A stretch of DNA of 59,403 bases, taken from the IMG/VR virus record IMGVR_UViG_3300028883_000053, positions 1 to 59,403 of that record; one strand, 5' to 3'. This document shows, one piece after another, positions 35,766 through 45,133 of this stretch. Both the position numbers and the translations under genes were made by a program. Positions within the stretch are counted from its first letter, which is position 1. Every line of letters starts with the position of its first letter. The notes below the pieces were generated by a model, which saw nothing but the letters and a program-made list of their open reading frames with translations, was not told the origin of the DNA and ran no database searches. The DNA is from a virus. Its lineage: Duplodnaviria; Caudoviricetes.

Positions 35766-35854
35766 GCAGACAGTCGAATATTTGAGCGCTAGACGCCGAC
35801 GGGAGTGGATTCCGCATCCACGCTGTCGGCGCTTTTCATTTACACGGGGCGAAT

Positions 35855-37819
35855 ATGGACGAGCTAATTGCATTTGGGGCGACGCTGAAGGCGCGACAGG
35901 TCGATGACGAGACAGGCATCGTCGAGGCGCTTGGCGTGCGATTCAGTGACCCTAGCGAGCTTGACCTGTACGGGGATTACTTCGACGCACGCACCGACTT
36001 TGGACCGCATAAGGGCAACGGCATGGCTGCGACGCTGAATCACCGAATGCCGATGCACACCGACAAGACGTCAGGTCCCGAGGCGACCAAGATGGAGCGG
36101 CTGTCGAAGCTGAAGTTTGGGAATCCGGTCGTGGCCGAGATGACTGACGCAGGCATCTTAGCCCGACACGTGCTTGACCTGCGGGACGAGTACGAGCGCA
36201 TGATCTTCGAGCTAGCGTCGCAGGGCAAATTGTCCTGGTCTAGCGGGACCGCACCGCACATGGTCGACCGTGGCGACGACGGGCATATACGCACGTGGCA
36301 CATAGTCGAATGGGCATATACGCCAACACCCGCAGAGCATCGATTGCCTTCAATCATGCCTGCGAAATCATATGTCGAATTAGTGAAAACCTGGGCAGAG
36401 CAGGCTTCCGGTTCAGAGGTGCAGATGCCAGAGGACGCCAGATCAGCGTCAGCGCAGAGCACAGAGGCGGAGCAGGTCGACAGCCCACCGAATCGTGACG
36501 CAGTATCAGATACTACGGAGGACTCCAAAATGGAGGCACCAAACGTCAACAAAGGGGTCGACCAGGAGGCACTGACCGCAGAAGCCATGAAGGCTCTGCT
36601 AACCGAATGGAAGGCCGAAATGGTCACCGAAGCCGAGACAAAGGCTGCGGAGGCTGCAGGGAAGTCTGTCGAGACGCTGAATGAGCAGATCAGCGGTCTG
36701 ATGGACATGCTGGAAGATCAGAAAATGGCGCGCATGGCCGAGGACGCAGGATATATCAGCAATATCGGCGGCACAGCCGATCCTGAGGTCAAGAGTTTCG
36801 GAGATTTCTGCCTCGCAGTGCGGCGCAAGGACACGAAGCGACTGGTCAAGGTTTACGGGTCACAGCCTGACGGCAGCGACACGAAAGCCCTGGAACTTGG
36901 CGACGGCAGCGGCGCTGGCTGGTTGGTCCCGATGGACTACAGCACCGAGCTTATGCGAGTCTCCGAGATTCAGAGTCCGGTCATGTCGCGTGTTCGCGTG
37001 ATTCCTGTGGGTGTTCCTGCAGGCTCATGGCCCGCTCTGGATCAGTACACCGCACCGTCTACCGCAGGCAACGGCGACACCGCATTTGCGGGCGGCGTAA
37101 CGGCTGCGATGACTGCGGAGGGCGAGGCGCTGACCGAGACCGAACCGGACTTTAGCATGCTAGAGTGGCGTGTTCACAAGATCGGCGGAATCACCAAGAT
37201 CAACAACGAGCTAATCGCAGACAGCCCGCAGACCATCGACGCCTTGCTGTCGGGTCTGTTCGGAATCGCTGTCGGGGCGAAGATGGAGAAATATGTCATC
37301 CGTGGAGACGGCGCTGGCGAACCGCTCGGAATCCTGAATTCTGGCGCAATCGTCAACGTGACACCTGACACGGATGGATCGTTCACGTGGCCCGATGTGG
37401 CGTCCATGACGGCACGTCTTCGCAGCGTAGGCGGTCAGGCTATCTGGCTTGCGCATCCTAGCGTGTGGCCCGATATCCTGCAGATGGAAATCGGCACTGC
37501 AGGCGCAAATGCCTGGACCGCAAACATGCAGGCTGGTCAGGGCGGGACGATCAACGGTTATCCGATTGTGAACTCCGAGCACAGCCCGCAGAAGGGCAAT
37601 GCTGGCGGCGTAGTCTTGGCTGACCTGAGCGCCTACATCGTGTGGCGTCGCGAGGGTCTGTCCATCGCATTCAGTGAGCATGTTGACTTCGCCAACGACC
37701 GAGGCACATGGCGCTTCACTGCACGTGCGGACGGCAAGCCGTGGCTGAAGGACGCCATCACCCTTGCTGACCCGCAGGGTAGTTACGAGGTCAGCCCGTT
37801 CGTTGTCCACAACGACTAA
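35855..37819 (+). CDS. Prohead protease fused to an HK97-fold major capsid protein
   Basis: N-terminal DLYGDYF..H..WSSG..E.AYTPTPAE; C-terminal GWLVP, ELIADS, GDGAGEPLGILN, RADGKP. Confidence 0.9.
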   Translation: MDELIAFGATLKARQVDDETGIVEALGVRFSDPSELDLYGDYFDARTDFGPHKGNGMAATLNHRMPMHTDKTSGPEATKMERLSKLKFGNPVVAEMTDAGILARHVLDLRDEYERMIFELASQGKLSWSSGTAPHMVDRGDDGHIRTWHIVEWAYTPTPAEHRLPSIMPAKSYVELVKTWAEQASGSEVQMPEDARSASAQSTEAEQVDSPPNRDAVSDTTEDSKMEAPNVNKGVDQEALTAEAMKALLTEWKAEMVTEAETKAAEAAGKSVETLNEQISGLMDMLEDQKMARMAEDAGYISNIGGTADPEVKSFGDFCLAVRRKDTKRLVKVYGSQPDGSDTKALELGDGSGAGWLVPMDYSTELMRVSEIQSPVMSRVRVIPVGVPAGSWPALDQYTAPSTAGNGDTAFAGGVTAAMTAEGEALTETEPDFSMLEWRVHKIGGITKINNELIADSPQTIDALLSGLFGIAVGAKMEKYVIRGDGAGEPLGILNSGAIVNVTPDTDGSFTWPDVASMTARLRSVGGQAIWLAHPSVWPDILQMEIGTAGANAWTANMQAGQGGTINGYPIVNSEHSPQKGNAGGVVLADLSAYIVWRREGLSIAFSEHVDFANDRGTWRFTARADGKPWLKDAITLADPQGSYEVSPFVVHND

Positions 37820-37888
37820 GGACTAGAGCCTAAGTAGGGAGTCGGGCGACCGGCTCCCAAGGCATAAAGACCAAGGAGGATTTCAAAA

Positions 37889-38341
37889 ATGAGTTTGAAT
37901 GCACAGGGTCAGATGTCCGAGCGTCTCGCTGTCGTTGCCTGCATCGATCCAGACGCTTATACGACCGGCACAACCGCATCTGACACCATCGACATGAAGA
38001 ATCGTGGCCGAGTGATGTTCATCGTTCAGGCGGGTACGCTTGGTTCGTCTGCGACGCTTGACTTCAAGCTGCAGGGCTGCGCAACCAGCGGTGGCACGTA
38101 CGCAGACATCAGCGGTAAGGCCGTCACGCAGTTGACCGAAGCAGGGACTGATAGCGACAAACAGGCTATTGTCGAGATCAGCGCCGAGGAATTGAAGGAC
38201 CTGGGCTACAGGTACATCAAGGGTCAACTAATTGTCGGCACAGCGACGAGCGACGCAGGTGTTGTGGCGCTAGCGGGCGACCTCGCCTACTATCCCGCAG
38301 CCGACGTTGACCTGACGTCTGTCGACGAGATTGTGGCGTAA
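37889..38341 (+). CDS. Capsid cement/decoration protein
   Basis: Follows the capsid gene; beta-rich; GGAGG RBS. Confidence 0.6.
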   Translation: MSLNAQGQMSERLAVVACIDPDAYTTGTTASDTIDMKNRGRVMFIVQAGTLGSSATLDFKLQGCATSGGTYADISGKAVTQLTEAGTDSDKQAIVEISAEELKDLGYRYIKGQLIVGTATSDAGVVALAGDLAYYPAADVDLTSVDEIVA

Positions 38342-38364
38342 GCGCACGCAGAAAGGAGCGCATC

Positions 38365-39168
38365 GTGCGAGTACTGGTCTATTGTCCAGTCGCACCAAAA
38401 ACGCCCAAGATATACGGAAGAACGCTCCAATCGATCTTTAGGCTCGATTGGAGCTTTCCGCTTGATTACGTCTTTGGGCGCGAAGATCATCCTGCCGGCA
38501 CAGGTTACGAGAACATACGGGATAAGCACAATCATGCGCGGCGCATCGTCCTGAATGACGGCTACGACGCAGTCTTGTTTGTAGAGGCTGACATGGTCAT
38601 ACCGTCTGACGCACTGCGCAAGCTAGTTAGCGTCGACGCAGATGTGGCTTATGGGCTGTACGTCAATCGGCACGGTTGGAGGCGCTGGCTAGCGTTCACG
38701 ATGCTAGACCGAAACGGGGCGCAGAGTCTGTCGCAGAAGCCCGACCTAGCGCAGGCATGCTGGGGAAGCCCGATTGAGACGCAGGGCGCTGGTATGGGCT
38801 GCACGCTGATCAGGCGGCATGTCCTAGAGAAACTAGAGTTCCGGCTCCCGCAGGACGGCGGCGACGACGTCGCAGACGACTGGATGTTTGCGCTCGACTG
38901 TCAGCGGCTAGGATTGCGTCAGGTCCATCACTTGGGCGTTGTCTGTGGTCATATCAGCCCAAACGGTGTGTTGTGGCCCGATCCTGAAGCAAAGGACCTA
39001 TGTCGCACCGAATTCGACGAGGATACGCCACCTGCGGGGCAGATAGCGACCAAGGATAAGCCGGTGGTGATTGACATCACCGGATTGAACAGAAAGGACG
39101 TATACGGATGGCAGACGGAAATGCGAAACCCAAACGTCGCACCGCAAAGCCCGAGCGGTATCGAGTAA
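38365..39168 (+). CDS. GT-A fold glycosyltransferase (GT2-like)
   Basis: YDAVLFVEADM; GAGMGCTLIRRHVL; DDWMFALD; VCGH. Confidence 0.8.
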   Translation: MRVLVYCPVAPKTPKIYGRTLQSIFRLDWSFPLDYVFGREDHPAGTGYENIRDKHNHARRIVLNDGYDAVLFVEADMVIPSDALRKLVSVDADVAYGLYVNRHGWRRWLAFTMLDRNGAQSLSQKPDLAQACWGSPIETQGAGMGCTLIRRHVLEKLEFRLPQDGGDDVADDWMFALDCQRLGLRQVHHLGVVCGHISPNGVLWPDPEAKDLCRTEFDEDTPPAGQIATKDKPVVIDITGLNRKDVYGWQTEMRNPNVAPQSPSGIE

Positions 39169-39293
39169 ATGTCGCCCTGGTCTATCAGAATCGGGGCTTA
39201 AACGTTGGCAACGTCATAAGCAGCAAGGACTATCCAGCCAGCGTACTAGTCGACTGGCTAGCGAAGGGTCAGGTGCAGAAATTTGAGACTTGA
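39108..39293 (+). CDS. Small head-module protein
   Basis: AAAGGA RBS; position. Confidence 0.5.
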   Translation: MADGNAKPKRRTAKPERYRVNVALVYQNRGLNVGNVISSKDYPASVLVDWLAKGQVQKFET

Positions 39294-39834
39294 GGTAATC
39301 ACCAGAACCTATATGCGACCGCAGATGCTACGGCGCAATTGGGAAAGTTTAGTCGAGCAGACAAGCAACGATTGGATGCAGACCAGACTCCCTGATTTGG
39401 TCGGGATCGGCGTTGAGGCTGCGAACGCCAAGATAGCGGAAATCGCACCTATGCTGACTGGTGATTACATCTGGATACTGGACGATGACGACGAGTGTTT
39501 TTATCGGCGCTTCGTGCAGGAAGTGCTAAATATCGCAGTATTGCACAATCCAGAACTGATCATGGTGCGTATGGATCACGGTCTGCTGGGGATACGACCG
39601 AATGACAGGGCGTGGCGCAGGTCACCGACGCACGGTCAATACGGGTGCAGTTCATTTGTGGCGAGGCGAGATCTGTTTCAGACGCACGCGCACCGGTGGG
39701 CGACGGGCGTCTATCACGCAGACTATATGTTCCTTGAGACTGCGTACAGGCACGCATCGCTGCGCAATGCAGTCTACTGGCATAACATCGTCGCTAGTCG
39801 GGTGCAGCGCATTAGTTACGGAATGCCGGAATAA
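39283..39834 (+). CDS. GT-A fold glycosyltransferase (GT2-like)
   Basis: ITRTYMRP..L..SL..QT; GDYIWILDDDD; ADYMF. Confidence 0.8.
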   Translation: MRLEVITRTYMRPQMLRRNWESLVEQTSNDWMQTRLPDLVGIGVEAANAKIAEIAPMLTGDYIWILDDDDECFYRRFVQEVLNIAVLHNPELIMVRMDHGLLGIRPNDRAWRRSPTHGQYGCSSFVARRDLFQTHAHRWATGVYHADYMFLETAYRHASLRNAVYWHNIVASRVQRISYGMPE

Positions 39835-40415
39835 TGTCATACATCACCAAGACAGAATTCAAAGCATATCGAGGAATCAGCGGCACGGGCGACGACGACC
39901 TGATTGACGACCTGATAGCGGGCGCACAGAAGAAGGTCGACAACTATTGTCATCGCACATTCGAAGCTAGCGCAGACACGACACGCTACTTTGACGCCGT
40001 GGACGATGTGGACGGCTACACGCTGTTTCTGGATAGCGACCTATGCGCTATCACCACAATCACCAACGGTGACGCTGACGGCACTGAGATTCTGTCCACA
40101 CAGTATGTGACGGAGCCGCGCAACGACACGCCATACTATGCGATCAAGCTGCTGGCGTCGTCGGGTCTAGCTTGGGAGTACGAGGACGATCACGAAAATG
40201 CGATCAGTATCGAGGGTCGCTGGGCATACAGCACAACCGCAGACGATCTGATCAAGAAGGTTATGTATCGTCTCGTCGCCTACTACTACGACCAGCGCAA
40301 GAATGCGGCTGACCTGGACCGACCGATTGTCACGGGGCAAGCGACCGTTCTACCGTCAAAGTTGCCGTCTGACATCGCAGACGACCTAGCGCCCTATGTG
40401 AGGTTGGTTTTCTAA
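39834..40415 (+). CDS. Head-tail connector (gp6-like)
   Basis: YITKTEFKAY..DDDLIDDLI..VDNYCHRTF..LAPY. Confidence 0.8.
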   Translation: MSYITKTEFKAYRGISGTGDDDLIDDLIAGAQKKVDNYCHRTFEASADTTRYFDAVDDVDGYTLFLDSDLCAITTITNGDADGTEILSTQYVTEPRNDTPYYAIKLLASSGLAWEYEDDHENAISIEGRWAYSTTADDLIKKVMYRLVAYYYDQRKNAADLDRPIVTGQATVLPSKLPSDIADDLAPYVRLVF

Positions 40416-40816
40416 TGGCATACACAAATCTGGCTGGTCTAATGTCTGACCTGATGGACCTGACCGTCACAGACGTGGCGACGGTCCTGGATCAGCCACC
40501 GGAATTCATAAACGACACCGACCTGCCTTTGATGTGGCCCAACCTTCCAGAGCAGTCGGGAGAGCTAGTTTCTGTCGGTGGCGCTGTCGGGCTTGCCGTT
40601 GGTCGGGCTGAGGTCATCATCGCAATCGAGCCTGAGGCATTCGAAAGTCATGCGGTCAATTTCGCTTTGGCCGTATCGATTGTCGACGATCTGTATGCGC
40701 AATTCAGCGCTAACACCGTCGCTATCGGCATCGATAGCTGGACTATAGCGGTGGAGCGCAGGGTCATCAACGAGGCGGCGTATTGGTGCGTGGTAGCAAC
40801 TGTGGAGGCTAGCTGA
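40415..40816 (+). CDS. Tail terminator-like protein
   Basis: Position and size. Confidence 0.5.
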   Translation: MAYTNLAGLMSDLMDLTVTDVATVLDQPPEFINDTDLPLMWPNLPEQSGELVSVGGAVGLAVGRAEVIIAIEPEAFESHAVNFALAVSIVDDLYAQFSANTVAIGIDSWTIAVERRVINEAAYWCVVATVEAS

Positions 40817-40818
40817 TA

Positions 40819-41550
40819 ATGGCTCCGACCAAGGGAACGAATGCGAGCTTATTTGTAGACGAATTCAAGTTTGACAGCGCAACAGCAAAGCTGACGGTAG
40901 ACATCAATGTGGGCGAAGGGTCTGCGATGAGTCTGGCGTCGACCGGCGAGGAATACGCAGCGCTGCTCGGCACGATGCGAATCATGCAGGACGGCTACGT
41001 TCAGGGCTTCAATGCAGACGAATTCGAGGCGGAATTATACGACCGGCTCGGCGTGACTGGCGTTGTCGTATCGGCGCTATTCGGGACGCAAAACACGGCA
41101 TGTCCTGCGTACATCATACCGGATGCATTCGACACAAAGATGGAGTTCGCAGCGCCTATCAAGGACGTCATGACGCTGAACGGCGAGTGGGCTGCATCTG
41201 ACGATTGCTATCGTGGCATTCGCATCGTCGACCAAGTGACGATCTCGGCTACGGGCGCAGAGGACGCCATTGACCTAGAAACCGCAGGGTCAAACGGCGG
41301 GCTGTTTGTCGTCCATGTGACAGCTATAACGGGGTCAGCAACAGACGCAATGGTCAAGCTGCAGTCTGCATCGACCGAGGGCGGTTCGTACAGTGACGAG
41401 GCTACAGTGACGTTTAGCGATGTCGGTGGCTTTACGGCTGTCGTCAGCGACGCTGTGGATCGGTGGGTACGGCTAAACTGCACCAGCTTAGGCGGTGCAA
41501 CATCATTCGTGGTGACGGCTATCGCGTGCGTCGACGGCGTCACAATGTAA
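40819..41550 (+). CDS. Tail-tube-like protein with a C-terminal cement-like domain
   Basis: N-terminus resembles 41565..41975; C-terminus resembles 37889..38341. Confidence 0.55.
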   Translation: MAPTKGTNASLFVDEFKFDSATAKLTVDINVGEGSAMSLASTGEEYAALLGTMRIMQDGYVQGFNADEFEAELYDRLGVTGVVVSALFGTQNTACPAYIIPDAFDTKMEFAAPIKDVMTLNGEWAASDDCYRGIRIVDQVTISATGAEDAIDLETAGSNGGLFVVHVTAITGSATDAMVKLQSASTEGGSYSDEATVTFSDVGGFTAVVSDAVDRWVRLNCTSLGGATSFVVTAIACVDGVTM

Positions 41551-41564
41551 CGGAGGACTAAATC

Positions 41565-41975
41565 ATGGCAGGTGTGAAAGGGGCTGGCAATGTAACGGTC
41601 ACCTACAACAGCAACGAGATCACGAATTACCTGAGTCAGGTGCAGTTGCAGGGCGTAATCAGTGAGCTAGAGGCTACGCATATGGGCAGCACAGCCGAGG
41701 AATACGTTCCTGGGCTTGCGTCCTGGTCTGCGACGATTGACCTGATCGGATGGGATTCTACGGTGGACGGCTATCTTGCGCCTGATATCGTTAGCCCAGG
41801 CACGAAGCGGACCTGCGCAATTGCGTTCACGAACGGCGGAACTACGGTTACCTACACGTGGACGTCAGAGGCGTTTATAACGTCATTCAGTCTGCAGGCT
41901 GCACCGTCCGAAATCATCGGAGCGGCTGGAATTCAGCTTCGCCTGAACGGAGCACCGGCACGGGCAACCAGCTAA
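41565..41975 (+). CDS. Major tail tube protein
   Basis: ELEATHMGSTAEEYVPGL; precedes the chaperone genes. Confidence 0.7.
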   Translation: MAGVKGAGNVTVTYNSNEITNYLSQVQLQGVISELEATHMGSTAEEYVPGLASWSATIDLIGWDSTVDGYLAPDIVSPGTKRTCAIAFTNGGTTVTYTWTSEAFITSFSLQAAPSEIIGAAGIQLRLNGAPARATS

Positions 41976-41989
41976 TCGAAAGGAGCAGT

Positions 41990-42373
41990 ATGCGCTACGA
42001 ATGTGACGTAGAGGGATTCGAGGGGAATTTCGTCAATTTCTCGGACTCGTGGACTCGCAAGGAGATTCGCGAGTTTTGGGATAAAAGCAGCGATAACACG
42101 ACCGCAGATGAATTCATGAAGTTGGTATCGTCCAAAGTCAAGGGGCTGCATCTTGACGTCGTCTATGGCGATCAGATTACCGAGCCTGTACAGTTGACCG
42201 AAGATGCGCTCGACAGGATAGACAACAGGCTGTTTCGATGGATTACATTCGTCATCATCGACGCAGCGCATGAGGTAGTTAAGCTGGGAAACGCAGTCGG
42301 GGAGCGATTGTGGGCTACAGTCGAAACATCGCAAGACACGTCGCTCCCGACGAACTCACAGACGGATGGCTAA
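41990..42373 (+). CDS. Tail assembly chaperone (G-like)
   Basis: Lies between tube and tape measure; AAGGAG RBS; contains a slippery site. Confidence 0.7.
   Translation: MRYECDVEGFEGNFVNFSDSWTRKEIREFWDKSSDNTTADEFMKLVSSKVKGLHLDVVYGDQITEPVQLTEDALDRIDNRLFRWITFVIIDAAHEVVKLGNAVGERLWATVETSQDTSLPTNSQTDG
42286..42292 (+). promoter_or_regulatory. -1 frameshift slippery site G GGA AAC
   Basis: In frame in the chaperone; the -1 frame is open to 42606. Confidence 0.7.
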
Positions 42374-42606
42374 TGCGGCTTTTTCCAGGTCGCACACTGG
42401 ACGAACTAGACCAGATGGATTTCGCACGTCTGCAGCGCGCATTGGATGCACGCGCGGTCGAGCGGGCTGAGGACAAGCGCAAGCGCCTGTTTGACGGCGA
42501 GATCAATGCGGGCGATATCGACGAAAGCGAATGGGAGATCATCCTAGAGAACGATGCTATCGAGCAGAAGCTACTAGAGTCTAGCACGGACGACACAGAA
42601 GATTAG
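42292..42606 (+). CDS. Tail assembly chaperone frameshift extension (T-like)
   Basis: -1 frame ORF with no clear RBS of its own. Confidence 0.65.
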   Translation, partial: RSRGAIVGYSRNIARHVAPDELTDGWLMRLFPGRTLDELDQMDFARLQRALDARAVERAEDKRKRLFDGEINAGDIDESEWEIILENDAIEQKLLESSTDDTED

Positions 42607-42659
42607 CTGGCAACAGCCGTCCGATATCGGGCGGCTTGCTGCGTCAGCGGGAACACACA

Positions 42660-44774
42660 ATGGCTGCATCAAAAGTAGACCTAATTCTCGACGCCAAGAA
42701 TAAGGCGTCCGGCAAAATCAAGCAGGTCGGCTCGGACCTAAAGGGGCTTGACAAGGCTGCGGGCGCTGCATCCTCAGGCATCACGGCGCTGGCTGGTGCG
42801 GCTAGCGTTGCGGCGGTCGCAGGGCTGTCTGCGATGGCGTTTGAGATGACGTCGACCGCCAAGCAGTTCGAGGCGATATCGGTCGCAGGTCGACGCATGG
42901 CTGCGGAAAATGGCGACAGTCTCGACATGATGCTGGCTGCGATGAAAGAAGCGTCTGCGGGCATGATTAACGAGACAGACCTGATTCTGGCTGCGAACAA
43001 GGCTATGACATTGGGCGTCGCATCGTCTACCGAGGACCTTGTCGCGCTAATGAATCTAGCGGCTGAACGAGGACCTGCGCTTGGTCTTTCGATGGCCCAA
43101 GCATTCGACGACTTGGTCACTGGTCTTGGTCGTGGGTCTGCACTAATCCTCGACAATTTGGGCATCGTGATGGACCTGAACACGGTCAACAAGGAATACG
43201 CAGACAGCGTAGGAAAGACCGTGCAGGAACTGACCGAGGCCGAGAAAAAGCAGGCGCTAGTCAATTCTGTTTTGTCCGAGGCCAAGGGCAACACAGAACT
43301 GATCATCGACCCGACCCAGCAAGCTGCAGCGGCGTGGAAGGGCTTCAGGACGCAGCTCGCATTGATGGTCACGGAGGGCGGGGCGGTCCCTGGCGTCCTA
43401 AATGCTATCACGGGCGCTCTTAACGGGATCACCGACACGCTACTGACCGTCACTCCTGGCGAGGAATTTGCATACACGGCGGCGATGCTAGAAAAGCTCA
43501 AGGGCGAGAACGAGGAACTAAATCGTATCGTCGAGAGCAGCCTGACGCCAATGTTCCTCAAGAATCAATACCTGCAGAAGATAGCAGCAAATGAGGAACT
43601 GATTACGGAATTGCAGCAGCGCAATGCGCAGTCTGCGTTGGACATGGCAAATGCCGCAGGTCAATATTACGGCGGCGCGGACAAGCTAGCGCAGGACGCC
43701 ATCGCATCGCAGGAAGCGCTAGAGCAACAGGTCAAGGCTACGACAGATGCCCTAAATGCACTTCAGGCAAAATCGGAATCAGTCAAGGCTAGCATCACGT
43801 CGTCTCTTATGAGCGGTGCGACTGACTTCGTAGGCGGTGATGCGGTCGCAGGCTACAACATAGCACGTGAGAAGTCTGTCGAGCTAGAGACACAGTTAGC
43901 ACAGATAGCGCTCGCCAACAATATCTCGATGGAGGATGCCAACAAATACATTCTCCCCGAACTGATTGCTGGGCAGACTGACCTGTGGCGTGAGGCGACC
44001 AAGACATCTAGCGCCGTCGCACAGATCAGCGATGAATACAGGAACCTGCAGAGCGCCGTCGATAGCGTCCTGAGCGAGGCGCTGGACGTTGGCGTGGGCG
44101 ATGCGTGGCGGGAAGGTCTACCAAGACCAGAAGCAGTGAACGAGGACGCCAGACGGCTTGCAGACGTCGCTGTTCAGGGCTTCGCTAGCCCTTGGGCGAA
44201 GTATTTCCAAGACACGTTTCCTGACCTGTGGGGCGAGATGACTTCAGGCGGTGACATACAGTCGGCTGCAGCGGAAATCTTGAATCAATTCGAGCAGGGT
44301 CTGCGACCTGAACTAATCGACAAGGAGACAGCCAAGGAGCGCGTGCGCAAGATGATAATGGGCGACGCTAACTTGGCCGAGCTAGCGCGTGAAATCACGA
44401 ACGAACTGGCGGCTGAGATGGGCGTCAGCGCCGAAACGATACGAGGGTACGCAGACAGCGTTCTAGGCACAAACGACACGTCTACCGCAGGCACAGACGC
44501 ATCTAGCGCCTTTGGTGACGGAGCAGTCTCACAGATCAAGGAGGCGCAGACAGGAGCCATCGTCGTGGGCGAGTTTCTGGCACAGATTCGCGAGAATTTC
44601 GAGACGATCAAGACCGAGGGTAAGAATGCTGGTAAGGAATGGGGCGGCGGTTTCTTGGAGACAGTGCGGGACGGCGTACCTGCGGAACTCGTCAGTCTAC
44701 TAACCGACCTCGTCACCCCTGGCGTGATGGCTAATCTGTCGCAGTATGGGACACTGACAGGAGCAGATCAATAA
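42660..44774 (+). CDS. Tape measure protein
   Basis: Ala-rich, helical; GRGSALILDNLGI. Confidence 0.88.
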   Translation: MAASKVDLILDAKNKASGKIKQVGSDLKGLDKAAGAASSGITALAGAASVAAVAGLSAMAFEMTSTAKQFEAISVAGRRMAAENGDSLDMMLAAMKEASAGMINETDLILAANKAMTLGVASSTEDLVALMNLAAERGPALGLSMAQAFDDLVTGLGRGSALILDNLGIVMDLNTVNKEYADSVGKTVQELTEAEKKQALVNSVLSEAKGNTELIIDPTQQAAAAWKGFRTQLALMVTEGGAVPGVLNAITGALNGITDTLLTVTPGEEFAYTAAMLEKLKGENEELNRIVESSLTPMFLKNQYLQKIAANEELITELQQRNAQSALDMANAAGQYYGGADKLAQDAIASQEALEQQVKATTDALNALQAKSESVKASITSSLMSGATDFVGGDAVAGYNIAREKSVELETQLAQIALANNISMEDANKYILPELIAGQTDLWREATKTSSAVAQISDEYRNLQSAVDSVLSEALDVGVGDAWREGLPRPEAVNEDARRLADVAVQGFASPWAKYFQDTFPDLWGEMTSGGDIQSAAAEILNQFEQGLRPELIDKETAKERVRKMIMGDANLAELAREITNELAAEMGVSAETIRGYADSVLGTNDTSTAGTDASSAFGDGAVSQIKEAQTGAIVVGEFLAQIRENFETIKTEGKNAGKEWGGGFLETVRDGVPAELVSLLTDLVTPGVMANLSQYGTLTGADQ

Positions 44775-45133
44775 TGGCAGCGCCTTCATTGAACAGTAAC
44801 ACGATTGCGTATCCTGCGACCTACGAGCCGAATATAGGCTATCGTGGCGGCGCACGGTCTATGGCTGACGGCACAATAGTTCGTGACCTAGTGAATTCGA
44901 GCTACAAGCGAACGATCAGGATGACATTCAGGCTGATCACAGAGGCGGAGCTAGACACGCTGATCGCGTCCTATCATGCGGCGGCAGATGACGCAGGCGT
45001 TATCTTTACGGATCATAACGGTGACAGCTATACGGTCACGCAGCCTGTATCGGCTACTGAACTGCAGATATCGCAGATCAGGCTAACTAGCAGTTATCGA
45101 TACAACGTGACAATGGTCCTGCAGGAGGTTTGA
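44774..45133 (+). CDS. Distal tail-like protein
   Basis: Follows tape measure; SMADGT. Confidence 0.55.
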   Translation: MAAPSLNSNTIAYPATYEPNIGYRGGARSMADGTIVRDLVNSSYKRTIRMTFRLITEAELDTLIASYHAAADDAGVIFTDHNGDSYTVTQPVSATELQISQIRLTSSYRYNVTMVLQEV

